DNA of 64,000 nucleotides from Clostridia bacterium (GCA_017620205.1 JAFZQX010000010.1:5534-69533); one strand, 5' to 3'. Counted from the stretch's first letter, positions 8,302 through 18,868 are shown. The notes: generated from the letters alone by a model not told the origin. Program-made: numbers and translations.

Positions 8302-10337
8302 TTTCCTCCGAGAATAAAGTCGATAAATCCCGCTTCGCGGTCAACTCCCGCCGCCGAAACGTGCACGCTGTCGCCTATTTTATATCTTTTTCCGTGTCTT
8401 TTGCCGTAAAGGCTTAATGTTCTGTCGTCATATTCGTAATAATCGTCCGTAAGGTCTTCAAGACGCACTAAGCCTTCAACGCAGTTTGGAAGCTCCGCAA
8501 AAAATCCGAAGGACGTAACCGATGAAATTATTGCGTCAAATTCTTCGCCCAAGTGCTTTTCCATATATTCGCATATCTTAAGCTTTGTGGCTTCGCGCTC
8601 CGCGTCCATAGCTTCAAGCTCGCGCACGGACGACTGCTCCGCCGCTTCCGCCGTAAATCTTATGGTTTTGCTGTCAAAGTCTTTGCCGTTTAATGCGGCT
8701 TTTATCATTCTGTGGCAAACAAGATCGGGATATCTTCTTATAGGCGACGTAAAGTGGCAGTAAAAGTCTGCGCCGAGGCCGAAATGACCTTTGTTCTGCG
8801 CGTCATATTTGGCCTTTGCCATAGAACGGAGCATGACGGTGTTTATAGCCTTTTCATACGGCTCGCCTTTGCAGGCATCAAGTATTTCCATAAGCTTTTT
8901 ACCCGAAGGCTTGCCTATAAGCTTAAAATCAAAAAGTGACATAAACTTTCTTAAATCGTTCATCTTTTCGTCATCGGGCGTCTCATGCACTCGGTATACA
9001 AAAGGTATACCGGAAAGGGACGCGTGCTTTGCGAGCGTGCGGTTGCAAACGAGCATAAATTCTTCAATTATTTTATGCGAAACCGTGTGCTCTTCGGGCA
9101 CAACGTCTATCGCTTTTCCTTCACTGTCAAGTATAATGCGCGGTTCGGGAATATTAAAATCCATACTTCCTTTTTCAAAACGGCGTGCCCTGAGCGTTTT
9201 TGAAAGCTCTGCCATGCCGTAAAGCATATCGCGTATCTTTTCATATTTTTCCCAATATTCGCTTTTTTCGTTTTCGAGCATATCCGTAACGTCTTCGTAG
9301 ACAAGGCGGAAATCTGAATTTATTATTGACTCATAAACTTCGTGCGACAAAACCTTGCCGTCTTTTGAAATTTTCATTTCGGTTGTAACGGCGAGTCTGT
9401 CTTCCGCGGGGTTTAAGCTGCAAACGCCGTTTGATAAAATCTGCGGCAGCATGGGGCAGACCCTGTCGGGAAAATAACAGCTTGTGCCGCGTGAAAACGC
9501 CTCTTTGTCAATAGCGCCGCCGAAACGCACAAAATGTGAAACGTCTGCAATGTGAACGTAAAGCGTATATTCCGTGTCGGTTTCTTTAAGCGATATAGCG
9601 TCGTCCAAATCTCTTGCGTCAGCACCGTCTATGGTCACTGTTAAAAGAGAGCGCAGATCGCGTCTGCCCTTTGTTTCAAGACTGTAATCGGAAACCTTAT
9701 CGGCCTCAGCCAAAACGCTTTCGGGAAAGTCCTGCGAAACGTTGTGCTTCTGCATGATAGCAAGAAGCGCGCTTTCGGGACTGTCGAAAAGACCGAGATT
9801 TACAATAACTTCGCCGCGCATATTTTCGTAATCCGTGATTTTTACCGTAACGCGGCAGTTTTCGAAAGTCTCTGACGGCTCGGCTATGATGATATCACAG
9901 GGCGCATCGTTTGTTTCTACCTTGCCGTTTTTGTAAAGACCGGTAAAGGTACTTGCCGCGCGCTCCAATATCTCCGTGATTTTTCCTTCTCTGCTGTGTG
10001 ATGTGCCCGTAATCTGAAGAATACGCACCACGTCGCCCGTGAGCGCCGTGCCGCAGTTTTCGGGCGAAATATAAAAATCGCCCTCATCCGTTTCGACAAA
10101 GCCGAAGCCCTTGCGGTTTAAGCGGAATTTTCCGCAAAATGAGCCTTTTGTTTTGGTGGCTTCAAATCTGCCGCCGCGAAGCCTTCTTACTTTGCCCTCA
10201 TCCTCAAGCTCGTAGAGCAGGGTACAAAGCTCCGAAAGGCAGTCTTCCGCGTCGAGCATCAGCGCTATTTCATTAGGTGTCAGCGGAAATTTTGCCTGAT
10301 CGCGCAAAAACCCGAGGAGTTTTTCTTTTTTTGTCAT
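8298..10337 (-). CDS. rnr: Ribonuclease R
   Basis: RNB catalytic domain, N-terminal cold-shock-like segment and C-terminal S1 domain. Start set at the ATG giving MTKKEK; a GTG three codons upstream at 10346 is also possible. Confidence 0.85.
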   Translation of the reverse strand: MTKKEKLLGFLRDQAKFPLTPNEIALMLDAEDCLSELCTLLYELEDEGKVRRLRGGRFEATKTKGSFCGKFRLNRKGFGFVETDEGDFYISPENCGTALTGDVVRILQITGTSHSREGKITEILERAASTFTGLYKNGKVETNDAPCDIIIAEPSETFENCRVTVKITDYENMRGEVIVNLGLFDSPESALLAIMQKHNVSQDFPESVLAEADKVSDYSLETKGRRDLRSLLTVTIDGADARDLDDAISLKETDTEYTLYVHIADVSHFVRFGGAIDKEAFSRGTSCYFPDRVCPMLPQILSNGVCSLNPAEDRLAVTTEMKISKDGKVLSHEVYESIINSDFRLVYEDVTDMLENEKSEYWEKYEKIRDMLYGMAELSKTLRARRFEKGSMDFNIPEPRIILDSEGKAIDVVPEEHTVSHKIIEEFMLVCNRTLAKHASLSGIPFVYRVHETPDDEKMNDLRKFMSLFDFKLIGKPSGKKLMEILDACKGEPYEKAINTVMLRSMAKAKYDAQNKGHFGLGADFYCHFTSPIRRYPDLVCHRMIKAALNGKDFDSKTIRFTAEAAEQSSVRELEAMDAEREATKLKICEYMEKHLGEEFDAIISSVTSFGFFAELPNCVEGLVRLEDLTDDYYEYDDRTLSLYGKRHGKRYKIGDSVHVSAAGVDREAGFIDFILGGK

Positions 10338-10375
10338 GCGGAACACATCCTTTCATTTAAGAAAAAAAGCCGCCA

Positions 10376-10406
10376 TGCGGCGGCATTTTTTGAGTTTTGA
10401 AACATA
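10376..10406 (-). terminator. Rho-independent terminator downstream of secG
   Basis: Hairpin gccgcc-atgc-ggcggc followed by a T-run on the minus strand. Confidence 0.55.
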
Positions 10407-10438
10407 GGTAATTGCGCTTTAGGCGCGCAACCGGTTTC

Positions 10439-10687
10439 TTACATCATTGTTTTTTTGAAGTAGAAGTTTAAAATCAAAGATGTTATAAGGAAAAGAATTG
10501 CTAAAGCAGTTGTTACTTTTCCTAAAATTGCATCCTTTGTTTTGCCCTTGTTTTTTCCGTAGAAAGAAGAGGAACTTTCGCCGCCTATAACGCCGGATAA
10601 ACCCGCGTCCTTTCCTGACTGGAACAAAACAACAACGATCAAAGCCACCGCTATTACTATATGTAATATTGCTACAGCTGTCTGCAC
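10439..10687 (-). CDS. secG: Preprotein translocase subunit SecG
   Basis: 82 aa, two TM helices. LFQSGKDAGLSG is the SecG signature. Confidence 0.8.
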   Translation of the reverse strand: MQTAVAILHIVIAVALIVVVLFQSGKDAGLSGVIGGESSSSFYGKNKGKTKDAILGKVTTALAILFLITSLILNFYFKKTMM

Positions 10688-10777
10688 GCATTACACCTCC
10701 AATATCTTTTTGACATTATAAATAGTTTACCACAAAACAAAAGCTTTTACAAGTTTTTTTTGAAAATAGTTGTTTTT

Positions 10778-12127
10778 TTAACCGAGCCTTGCTTCTATTA
10801 GCGTTGCGAGTGTTGCCGCCTTTTCTTTTATAACCGCCATATCCTCGCCTTCTATCATAACGCGGACGCACGGCTCCGTGCCCGATGCGCGCACCAAAAC
10901 GCGGCCGCGGCCGTCAAATTCTTTTTCGAGCGCCGCAATTTCGTCCATTATTATTTTATCCTCCGAATAGGTGTACTTTTTGGTGTTTTGGACCTTCGCG
11001 TTTACGATAACCTGCGGAAGCGTTTTAAATATTGACGCAAGCTCCGATACCTTTTTGCCCGCTTCTTTCACTATTGAAAGCAGCTGAAGGGCTGAAATAA
11101 GACCGTCGCCTGTTGTATTGTGGTTTAAGAAAATAATATGCCCCGAAGCTTCGCCGCCCAGAATATAGCCCGATGCGAGCATTTCTTCAAGCACGTATCT
11201 GTCGCCTACGTTTGTCTGAACAATATTAATGCCCAACTCCTTTGCCGCCAAGACAAGACCTAAATTCGTCATAACGGTTGTAACGAGAGTGTCTTTTTTA
11301 AGCATACCGCGCTCTTTAAGATACTGCGCGCATATAAGCATTATCTTATCGCCGTCAACAAGATCTCCGTTTTCGGCGGAAACCAAAAGTCTGTCCGCGT
11401 CGCCGTCAAACGAAAGGCCTATGTCAACGTTTATGTTTTTAACGTATTCGCGGAATTCTTCCGTATGCGTTGAGCCGCAGTTTAAGTTTATGTTTGTGCC
11501 GTTCGGATGATTATGAATAACATAAAGCTCCGCGCCGAGGTCGTTTAATACTTTTACGGCGGTTTGATAGCTTGCGCCGTTTGCGCAGTCTACAGCTATT
11601 TTCATACCCGTAAGGTCGCATTTTATTGTGCTTTTTGCAAATTCAACGTAATCGTCTGTGGCAGCATCGCATCTTGTTACTCTGCCTACCGCGTCGCCCG
11701 TGGGAAGTGAAATTTCTTCCGCGTCGTCAAGAATTATTGCTTCAATTCTGTTTTCGGTTTCATCGTTTAATTTATAGCCGGTTGAGCTGAAGATTTTTAT
11801 GCCGTTAAATTCCGCGCTGTTGTGAGAAGCGGATATTACGATGCCTGCATCGGCTTCGTATTTGCGCGTAAGATACGCAATAGCCGGCGTCGGGATTACG
11901 CCGAGGGACACAACGTTTGCGCCTACGGAGCAAAGACCCGCCGTTAAAGCCGCTTCGAGCATATCGCCCGAAATCCTCGTATCTTTTCCTATTAAAATCT
12001 TTGTGCGGTGCTTTGTTTCTTTTGTTAAAACGTATGCAGCCGCGCGTCCTATTTTAAAAGCCAGATCGCATGTAAGCTCAGAGTTTGCAACTCCTCTTAC
12101 GCCGTCTGTTCCGAATAATCTTCCCAT
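10778..12127 (-). CDS. glmM: Phosphoglucosamine mutase
   Basis: Active-site motif [14 protein letters not shown]-terminus [12 protein letters not shown]. 449 aa. Confidence 0.9.
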   Translation of the reverse strand: MGRLFGTDGVRGVANSELTCDLAFKIGRAAAYVLTKETKHRTKILIGKDTRISGDMLEAALTAGLCSVGANVVSLGVIPTPAIAYLTRKYEADAGIVISASHNSAEFNGIKIFSSTGYKLNDETENRIEAIILDDAEEISLPTGDAVGRVTRCDAATDDYVEFAKSTIKCDLTGMKIAVDCANGASYQTAVKVLNDLGAELYVIHNHPNGTNINLNCGSTHTEEFREYVKNINVDIGLSFDGDADRLLVSAENGDLVDGDKIMLICAQYLKERGMLKKDTLVTTVMTNLGLVLAAKELGINIVQTNVGDRYVLEEMLASGYILGGEASGHIIFLNHNTTGDGLISALQLLSIVKEAGKKVSELASIFKTLPQVIVNAKVQNTKKYTYSEDKIIMDEIAALEKEFDGRGRVLVRASGTEPCVRVMIEGEDMAVIKEKAATLATLIEARLG

Positions 12128-12247
12128 ATGTAAACATTCCTTTCAATATCTTTATGAAATAAAACACTTAGTTTTATTGCTTCGCAGTGTTATTCGCCTT
12201 TGTCGAGTGATATTGCCTACGGCAGTTATATTTGCTTCGCAAGTTTA

Positions 12248-14068
12248 CTATTCAACTGTTACGGATTTTGCCAAATTACGGGGCTTGTCAACATCACAGC
12301 CCTTAAGACACGATACGTGATAAGCTAGAAGCTGCAACGGAACAATTGCCGCAACGGGAGCCAGCAGCGGTGAAGATTTCGGCAGTTTAAAGTAAACGTC
12401 AAAAGTCTTTTCGCAGTCTTCACAGTCAGGCGATGCAAAGCCAACCGTAAACGCGCCGCGCGCTATAACCTCTTTCATGTTGCTCAGTGTTTTGCCGCTT
12501 ATCTGTTTGTCTGTTATTATAGCGATTGTAACGGTGCCGTCGTCAATTAACGCGATAGGACCGTGTTTTATTTCGCCGCTTGCGTATGTATCGGAATGTA
12601 TGTAAGAAATTTCTTTCATTTTGAGCGACGCTTCAAGAGCCACGCTGTAATCAAGACCGCGGCCGAGGAAGTAAACGTCAAGCTCTTTGTAGATCCTCTC
12701 CGCGAGCTTTTTAACATCATCGTTTAAGTTTAATACCTCAGTAACCTTTTCGGGGAGAGATAAAATCTCTTTCTTGAAGAAATCAAGCAAGTTTTGCGGT
12801 GTTTTCTTTGTAATTTCAGCCGCCGCTACCGCGGTGAGGTATAAAGCGACAAGCTGTGTCGTATATGCTTTTGTTGACGCAACCGCGATTTCGGGGCCTG
12901 CATATGTATAGAAAACATAGTCGCTCTCTCTCGCTACGGAGCTGCCCACAACGTTTGTAATTGACAAAACGGGCGAGCCGTATGTATGAGCGAGGCGGAG
13001 CGCCGCCAAAGTATCTGCCGTTTCACCGGACTGGCTTATAAGTATAACGCCTGTCTTTTCTGAAATTAACGGGCCGCGGTAACGGAACTCGGAAGCCAAA
13101 TCAACCTCAACGGGAATTCCCGCGAGCGTTTCTATGGCGCGCTTGCCGACTAAACCTGCGTGGTAAGCCGTGCCGCAGGCAACTATGTAGAGCCTGTCAA
13201 CCTTTTCGAAAAACTCTTTATTCATTTCAACAGGGTCGATCTGTAAGTTTTCGTCAATTCTGCCGATAAGCGTTCTCTTTATTGCGGCGGGCTGCTCGAA
13301 AATTTCTTTGAGCATGAAGTGCTCATAGTCGCCTTTTGTTGCGTCCTCCGCGCTGTAATCAACGTGGTAGATATCTTTCGGGGAAGGAGCACCGTTTTTG
13401 TCCGTAATATCAACGCTGTTTTCTGTAATTACTGCAACATCGCCGTCGTTTAAAAGATAAAAATCTTTCGTGTATGATAAAACGGCGGGGATATCGGAAG
13501 CTATAAAGTTTTCGCCCTTACCAAGACCGATAATTAAGGGACTGCCTTCACGCGCCACCACAATTTTGCCGTCCTCGCGGGAGGAGATAACGCAGAGCGC
13601 GTAGCTGCCTATAAGCCTTGATATTGTTTTTGTAACGGCTTCTCTTAAATCGCCGTTATAGTAATAGTCAATAAGATGAGGCACAACCTCTGTATCCGTT
13701 TCGGATATAAACTCATATCCTTCGTTTTTGAGCTCTTCTCTTAAAACCTCATAGTTTTCAATGATACCGTTATGTACAACAACAATATCGCCCGCTTTGT
13801 TTGCGTGCGGATGCGCGTTTATCTGCGTCGGCGCGCCGTGCGTTGCCCAGCGCGTATGACCTATGCCTATGTTGCCCGATATATCCGTTGCGGCAACTTT
13901 TTCTCTTAAATTTGAAAGCCTGCCGCGCTCCTTGCACAAAAGAATATGACCGCCGCTTAAAACGGAAATGCCTGCGGAGTCATAGCCGCGGTATTCAAGA
14001 CTTTCAAGACCGTTTAATAATATATCTGTCGCGTTTTTATCGCCGATGTAGCCAACTATTCCACACAT
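12248..14068 (-). CDS. glmS: Glutamine--fructose-6-phosphate aminotransferase (isomerising)
   Basis: True start is MCGIVGYIG with the catalytic Cys2. Two SIS domains, and the protein ends ...KSVTVE. The longer ORF-track start at 14182 runs into the ribozyme leader and is rejected. Confidence 0.9.
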   Translation of the reverse strand: MCGIVGYIGDKNATDILLNGLESLEYRGYDSAGISVLSGGHILLCKERGRLSNLREKVAATDISGNIGIGHTRWATHGAPTQINAHPHANKAGDIVVVHNGIIENYEVLREELKNEGYEFISETDTEVVPHLIDYYYNGDLREAVTKTISRLIGSYALCVISSREDGKIVVAREGSPLIIGLGKGENFIASDIPAVLSYTKDFYLLNDGDVAVITENSVDITDKNGAPSPKDIYHVDYSAEDATKGDYEHFMLKEIFEQPAAIKRTLIGRIDENLQIDPVEMNKEFFEKVDRLYIVACGTAYHAGLVGKRAIETLAGIPVEVDLASEFRYRGPLISEKTGVILISQSGETADTLAALRLAHTYGSPVLSITNVVGSSVARESDYVFYTYAGPEIAVASTKAYTTQLVALYLTAVAAAEITKKTPQNLLDFFKKEILSLPEKVTEVLNLNDDVKKLAERIYKELDVYFLGRGLDYSVALEASLKMKEISYIHSDTYASGEIKHGPIALIDDGTVTIAIITDKQISGKTLSNMKEVIARGAFTVGFASPDCEDCEKTFDVYFKLPKSSPLLAPVAAIVPLQLLAYHVSCLKGCDVDKPRNLAKSVTVE

Positions 14069-14094
14069 AATTATATAAATCCTTTCGATGTAAT

Positions 14095-14250
14095 TTTCTT
14101 TTATACATTGCAAAGCCCCCTTTGTTCGCGGATTGCTCCGTGTTTTTAAAGACTTGCTTACGACATGCCTGCCGTGGGACATCCGCCGAAAAATTCGATA
14201 CTCCCCAACCTCGTCTGCCTGCCGTCTGCCCAGCAGGTACCGGCGCTTTT
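14095..14250 (-). ncRNA. glmS ribozyme: glmS ribozyme (GlcN6P-responsive self-cleaving riboswitch) in the glmS 5' leader
   Basis: The minus strand reads AGCGCCGGUACCUGCUGGGCAGACGGCAGGCAGACGAGGUUGGGGAGUAUCGAAUUUUUCGGCGGAUGUCCCACGGCAGGCAUGUCGUAAGCAAG... It contains the invariant core CGAAUUUUCGGCGGAUG and the 5' AGCGCC cleavage-site context of the glmS ribozyme. Confidence 0.85.
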
Positions 14251-14314
14251 TTGCTTTTACTCAGACCTTTCTTAAGATTTGGCAAACTTTATTAATATAT
14301 AAATATACATAATA

Positions 14315-14387
14315 ATTATATATTAATATACTCTTTTTGTCAAGGTGAAGGCTAAAACCTTGACAAATGGTAATGTTATAGTATAAT
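14315..14387. promoter_or_regulatory. Divergent sigma-A promoters: minus-strand TTGACA-17-TATAAT for the glmS leader, plus-strand TTGACA-16-TATAAT for rlmD
   Basis: The palindrome TTGTCAAGG-N12-CCTTGACAA (14337-14366) supplies -35 boxes on both strands. The -10 is TATAAT at 14315-14320 (minus) and 14382-14387 (plus). The rlmD ATG at 14397 lies about 9 nt after the plus -10 with no RBS, suggesting a leaderless mRNA. Confidence 0.6.
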
Positions 14388-14396
14388 TATATTATT

Positions 14397-15761
14397 ATGA
14401 TTAAGAAAAACGATATCTTTGAATGTGACGTATGCGCCTTTGGCAGCGACGGCGAAGGAATAGCCAAAATAGACGGCTTTGCCGTTTTTGTGCCTTTTGC
14501 CGCGAAGGGCGACAGAATAAAACTTAAAATACTTAAAGCCAACAAAAATTACGGTTTCGGCAAGGTTTTGGAGATTTTAAAGCCTTCGGATGACAGAAAA
14601 ATCCCGGATTGTACCGCTTTCGGTAAATGCGGCGGCTGCACTATGCAGCATTTAAATTACGCCGCACAGCTCATCTATAAGCGTGAAAAGGTATACGAAG
14701 CCTTAAAAAGGATAGGCGGCGCGGAGGTGGAAGTCATGCCGTGTACGCCTTCGCCCGAAGTTTTGTCATACAGAAATAAAATTTCCGCGCCCGTTTGCAC
14801 TTTGGACGGCAAAACTGAAACGGGCTTTTACGCGCCGCATTCGCACAGGGTAATCCCTTGTGACAGCTGCGTTTTGCAGGATAAGGTTTTTTATGAAATA
14901 ATCGAAACAGTTAAAGCACACATGGATAAATACGGCATTGTATCTTACGATGAAGAAAATCACAAAGGCAACGTGCGCCACATATATATAAGACGCGGCG
15001 CAAAAACACGAGAAACAATGGTGTCGGTGGTTTCCGCAAAAGGGAAGCTTAAAGAAGAGGGAGAACTTGTTTCATCTCTTGTGAACGTTTGCCCCGGTAT
15101 AAAGTCAATAATCATAAACGAAAACAGAAAAAAAACAAACGTGATTTTGGGCGATAAATACCGCGTTATTTACGGAAATGACTATATAACAGATACGCTT
15201 TGCGGCAAAGAGTTTAAAATTCATCATAATTCGTTTTATCAGATAAATTCATGCCTTACCGAACTGCTCTATAAAAAGGGAGAGGAGCTTTTGGGTGATT
15301 TAAGCGGCAAAACGGTACTTGATATTTACTGCGGCATAGGCACAATTTCATTAACCTGCGCCGCGAACGCAGACAAGATAATCGGCATAGAATACGTAAA
15401 AGAAGCGGCTGAAAACGCGAAGGAAAATGCCGCGCTAAACGGCATGAAAAATGCGGAGTTTTACGCGGGCGACGCTTCAGAGGTTATGGAAAAGCTTTCA
15501 AAAGACGGTATAAAAGCGGACGCCGTAATACTCGACCCGCCCCGCAAAGGGTGCGACGAAAAGCTACTCAAAACCGTAGCGGATTTAAAACCCGAGAAAA
15601 TACTCTATATTTCCTGCAACCCCGCAACGCTCGCGAGGGATATGAAATATTTATCGTCTTTCGGCTACACCGCCGACACGGCTTATCCTTTTGATATGTT
15701 TCCGCAGACGGCGCATGTCGAGACAATCGTCAGATTGTCCCGAAGCGATATAAATTCCTGA
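14397..15761 (+). CDS. rlmD: 23S rRNA (uracil-5-)-methyltransferase RlmD/RumA family (TRAM domain, Fe-S cluster, SAM methyltransferase)
   Basis: N-terminal TRAM domain. Cys cluster (CTAFGKCGGCTMQH). Class I methyltransferase motifs (VLDIYCGIGTISL, ILDPPRKGC). Confidence 0.8.
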   Translation: MIKKNDIFECDVCAFGSDGEGIAKIDGFAVFVPFAAKGDRIKLKILKANKNYGFGKVLEILKPSDDRKIPDCTAFGKCGGCTMQHLNYAAQLIYKREKVYEALKRIGGAEVEVMPCTPSPEVLSYRNKISAPVCTLDGKTETGFYAPHSHRVIPCDSCVLQDKVFYEIIETVKAHMDKYGIVSYDEENHKGNVRHIYIRRGAKTRETMVSVVSAKGKLKEEGELVSSLVNVCPGIKSIIINENRKKTNVILGDKYRVIYGNDYITDTLCGKEFKIHHNSFYQINSCLTELLYKKGEELLGDLSGKTVLDIYCGIGTISLTCAANADKIIGIEYVKEAAENAKENAALNGMKNAEFYAGDASEVMEKLSKDGIKADAVILDPPRKGCDEKLLKTVADLKPEKILYISCNPATLARDMKYLSSFGYTADTAYPFDMFPQTAHVETIVRLSRSDINS

Positions 15762-15783
15762 CGGAATTTGAGGAGATGATGTA

Positions 15784-16419
15784 TTGAACGAAGCAAATCT
15801 TTATAAAGAACTTGGGACATTGACAAAGGACAAAGATAGTTGGAAAGAGAGCATTCCTTATGTTTCATCGCTTCTTTCTTATGATTCTGTAAAGATAAAG
15901 GCAAAAGCGCTGTGGATGCTTGGTGAGATGGGGTTTAGATACCCTCTTCCGGTACAGAAATCCTTACCTGCAATAGCGTCCTTTTTAAATAGTGCAGAGC
16001 CGCTTTTACGTGAGCGCGCGGTAAATGCTCTCGGCAGGATAGGAAGAGCCGATTACCAACTGATTGAGCCTTATTGGGAAAACCTGTTTCGTTTTGCTTC
16101 GGATGAGCAACCAAAGGTGAGGTTAAGCTTCATTTGGGCATCGGAAAATATCGCTACAAACACACCGGATATTTACAAGGATTATATTCCGATATTTGAG
16201 GGACTACTGAGCGACTCAGATGATAAGGTAAGGATGGAAGCGCCGGAAATTTTCCGAGTGCTCGGCAAACGCAGACCAGAGTTCATCAGACCGTATCTGG
16301 AAGGGTTGTGGCAGAAATCTGAAACAGACAGTAACCGTGTAGTAAGAATTCACTGTTTGGGTGCGATTAAAGCATCCGGGCACGGCTCTCCTGTCAACAC
16401 AAAGCACACGGACAAATAA
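15784..16419 (+). CDS. HEAT-repeat domain protein
   Basis: Repeated helical units of the form LRERAVNALGRIG / DKVRMEAPEIFRVLG. Confidence 0.5.
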   Translation: MNEANLYKELGTLTKDKDSWKESIPYVSSLLSYDSVKIKAKALWMLGEMGFRYPLPVQKSLPAIASFLNSAEPLLRERAVNALGRIGRADYQLIEPYWENLFRFASDEQPKVRLSFIWASENIATNTPDIYKDYIPIFEGLLSDSDDKVRMEAPEIFRVLGKRRPEFIRPYLEGLWQKSETDSNRVVRIHCLGAIKASGHGSPVNTKHTDK

Positions 16420-16447
16420 CCTTTTACATACAGAAAGGACCATTGTT

Positions 16448-17086
16448 ATGAAATTTAAAACACTTATAATACTGCAGCTCGGCGGCATAGCCCTGTTTGT
16501 GCTTTTTACGGCGGTTTTGTATTTTACAGGTCTGTTTAATCCCGTAAGCGCAGTGCTCGTTTATATTCTGCTCGGCGTCGGGAATGTTTTAAACGCGCAT
16601 AATATTCTTATGAAGCCTATTGAAGAGATAAGCATACACGATAATCTCACGGGCTGCTATAACCGCACAAAGCTTGAAAGCAAGATACCGCAATACGAAA
16701 AATATCATAACTATGCGGTGATTTTCTTTGATCTTGACAACCTTAAACTGATAAACGACACATACGGTCATGACGACGGCGATAAAATTCTTGTAGAAGC
16801 TGCAGAAAGGCTTCGTATATGGCAGGAATACGGCGATCTGTACAGAATAGGCGGCGACGAATTTTTAGTTGTTGTACCAAATATAGATCAGCCGCTTCTT
16901 GAAGAAATTCTGTCCGCTTGGAAAGAAAAACAGACAGAGCTAAACGCTGATTACGGCGCTGATTATAAATGTGAGTTCAGCTACGGCGCGGCATATAAAA
17001 CGGAAGATGAGCCGCTGACGTTTGAAGAAGCTATGAACATCGCCGATGAAAAAATGTATGAAATGAAGAAAAGCGGCAGGGCTTAA
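16448..17086 (+). CDS. Diguanylate cyclase (two N-terminal TM helices plus GGDEF domain)
   Basis: RIGGDEFLVVV active-site motif. Start set at the ATG giving MKFKTLII, with RBS AAAGGA upstream. The longer ORF-track start at 16361 overlaps the upstream gene. Confidence 0.75.
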   Translation: MKFKTLIILQLGGIALFVLFTAVLYFTGLFNPVSAVLVYILLGVGNVLNAHNILMKPIEEISIHDNLTGCYNRTKLESKIPQYEKYHNYAVIFFDLDNLKLINDTYGHDDGDKILVEAAERLRIWQEYGDLYRIGGDEFLVVVPNIDQPLLEEILSAWKEKQTELNADYGADYKCEFSYGAAYKTEDEPLTFEEAMNIADEKMYEMKKSGRA

Positions 17087-17108
17087 TAACAGAAAGGATC
17101 TGTAGAAA

Positions 17109-18011
17109 ATGTATTATAAAAATGTGCTCGACTTAATAGGGAATACTCCGCTTTTAAGCTTGGAGGAGACAACGGGATTTAAGATTTATGCAAAAGCGGA
17201 GTTTTTAAATCCGGGCGGCAGCATAAAGGACAGAATAGCTTTAAATATGATAGAAGAAGCGGAAAAAGACGGAAGACTGAAACCCGGTATGACGATAATT
17301 GAGCCTACATCGGGCAACACGGGCATAGGCCTTGCGCTTTGCGGCGTAAGAAAAGGATATCATGTAATAATAGTTATGCCCGAGAATATGAGCGAAGAAC
17401 GAAAAAAGATAATCCGCGCTTTGGGCGCGGAGCTTGTTTTAACAGACCCGAAGCTGAGCATCGCGGGCTCAGTTGATAAAGCTATGGAGATTGCAGAAAG
17501 CTCGCCGGATTACTTTGTTCCGCAGCAGTTTCAAAACCCGGCAAATCCGCAGATGCACTATAAGACGACGGCTGTAGAACTCTGTGAACAGCTTGGTAAA
17601 AAAATAGACGTATATGTATCGGGTATCGGCAGCGGCGGCACGCTCCAGGGCGTAAGCCAATATCTTTTAGAGAAAAACCCCGACTGCAAAATAGTTGCGG
17701 TTGAGCCGAAAAACGTATCGGCACTTTTGGGTGATGAGCCGGGACTTCATCAGATACAAGGCATAGGCGACGGCTTTATTCCCGATATTTTAGATACATC
17801 TATTATCACCGATATCATAGAGGTTACGGACGATGACGCTATAAACACCGCGAGAGAGCTTGCACGTGTTCAGGGGCTTTTAGTCGGCACTTCATCGGGT
17901 GCAAACGTATGGGCGGCAGAGCAGATGGCTGAAAAATACGGAAAAGACAAAGTTATAGCAACCGTACTGCCCGACCGCGCGGAAAGATATTTCAGCACGG
18001 CGCTTATATAA
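17109..18011 (+). CDS. cysK: Cysteine synthase A (O-acetylserine sulfhydrylase)
   Basis: PLP lysine motif GGSIKDRIAL, TSGNTGIGLA, and the GIGSGGT loop. Confidence 0.85.
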   Translation: MYYKNVLDLIGNTPLLSLEETTGFKIYAKAEFLNPGGSIKDRIALNMIEEAEKDGRLKPGMTIIEPTSGNTGIGLALCGVRKGYHVIIVMPENMSEERKKIIRALGAELVLTDPKLSIAGSVDKAMEIAESSPDYFVPQQFQNPANPQMHYKTTAVELCEQLGKKIDVYVSGIGSGGTLQGVSQYLLEKNPDCKIVAVEPKNVSALLGDEPGLHQIQGIGDGFIPDILDTSIITDIIEVTDDDAINTARELARVQGLLVGTSSGANVWAAEQMAEKYGKDKVIATVLPDRAERYFSTALI

Positions 18012-18038
18012 AACCAAAAGTTTTGGGAGTGTGTTAAA

Positions 18039-18851
18039 ATGGCTGATTACGGACTTCAAAACAAAGTGGCAATAATCACGGGCGCGAATAATCCACAGGG
18101 GATAGGCGCTGCGACGGCTATGGCGTTTGCCCGTGAAGGCGCGAAAGTCGTTTTGGTATATAAGAAAATAAAAAGACCGTTTGATAAAAGTAAGACAGCC
18201 GAAAACGGCGTTGACAGATATTACGAAGCAAACGCGGGAAACGCCGACAAAGTAGCCGCAAAGCTTAGGGAGATAAACGCGGATTGTCTTTTGCTCGAAA
18301 GCGATATTTCAGATGAAAACGCCGTAAAAGAGATTTATTCTGCGGCAGAAGAGAAATACGGAAAAGTAGATATACTCGTAAACAATGCGGCCACAGACGA
18401 TGAAAACGGTTTTGATACGATAGAGAAAATAACTCAAAGAGTAATAGACGATACGTTTGCCGTAAACGTCCGCGGAAGCCTTTTAATGACAAGGGAATTT
18501 ATAAACCGCCGCGGCGATTACGGAAGAATTATAAATATCTCAACCGACGCCGCGCAGGCTTTCGCAGGGCAGATAACATACGGCGCGAGCAAAGCGACCC
18601 TGGAAGCTTTAACAAGAAGCATAGCGCTCGAAGTGGGAAAGTACGGAATTACCGTAAACTGCGTAGCACCCGGCCCTACCCAGACGGGGTGGATTGACAA
18701 AGACCTCGAAAAAGCGGTTGTGCCTTTAATTCCCATGGGCAAACTGATTGGGCCCGACGATATTGCAGATACAATTTTGTTTTTGGCAAGCGAAAAGGCA
18801 AAAATGCTTACGGGGCAGGTTATAAAAGTTTCGGGCGGACACGCGCTTTGA
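18039..18851 (+). CDS. SDR-family oxidoreductase
   Basis: Rossmann TGANNPQGIGAA, NNAA, and YGASKA catalytic Tyr-Lys. Confidence 0.75.
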   Translation: MADYGLQNKVAIITGANNPQGIGAATAMAFAREGAKVVLVYKKIKRPFDKSKTAENGVDRYYEANAGNADKVAAKLREINADCLLLESDISDENAVKEIYSAAEEKYGKVDILVNNAATDDENGFDTIEKITQRVIDDTFAVNVRGSLLMTREFINRRGDYGRIINISTDAAQAFAGQITYGASKATLEALTRSIALEVGKYGITVNCVAPGPTQTGWIDKDLEKAVVPLIPMGKLIGPDDIADTILFLASEKAKMLTGQVIKVSGGHAL

Positions 18852-18868
18852 AGTTTAAACTATAAATT

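Noticed and set aside
14037-14285. 82-aa minus-strand ORF between glmS and the divergent promoter
   Set aside because: It lies entirely within the glmS ribozyme leader. The GC-rich structured RNA creates a fortuitous open frame, and the glmS start is the MCGIVGY methionine at 14068.
14337-14366. Perfect palindrome TTGTCAAGG-N12-CCTTGACAA as a transcription-factor operator
   Set aside because: Each half is a TTGACA -35 hexamer with a correctly spaced TATAAT on its own strand. Divergent promoters explain the symmetry without invoking a regulator. The similar palindrome at 32242-32268 has different spacing and no -10 elements, so it is treated separately as a recombination-type inverted repeat.
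16361-16447. Upstream extension of the GGDEF ORF overlapping the HEAT-repeat gene
   Set aside because: The extension has no RBS and overlaps the preceding gene by 59 nt. The ATG at 16448 has a proper RBS and begins exactly at the first TM helix.
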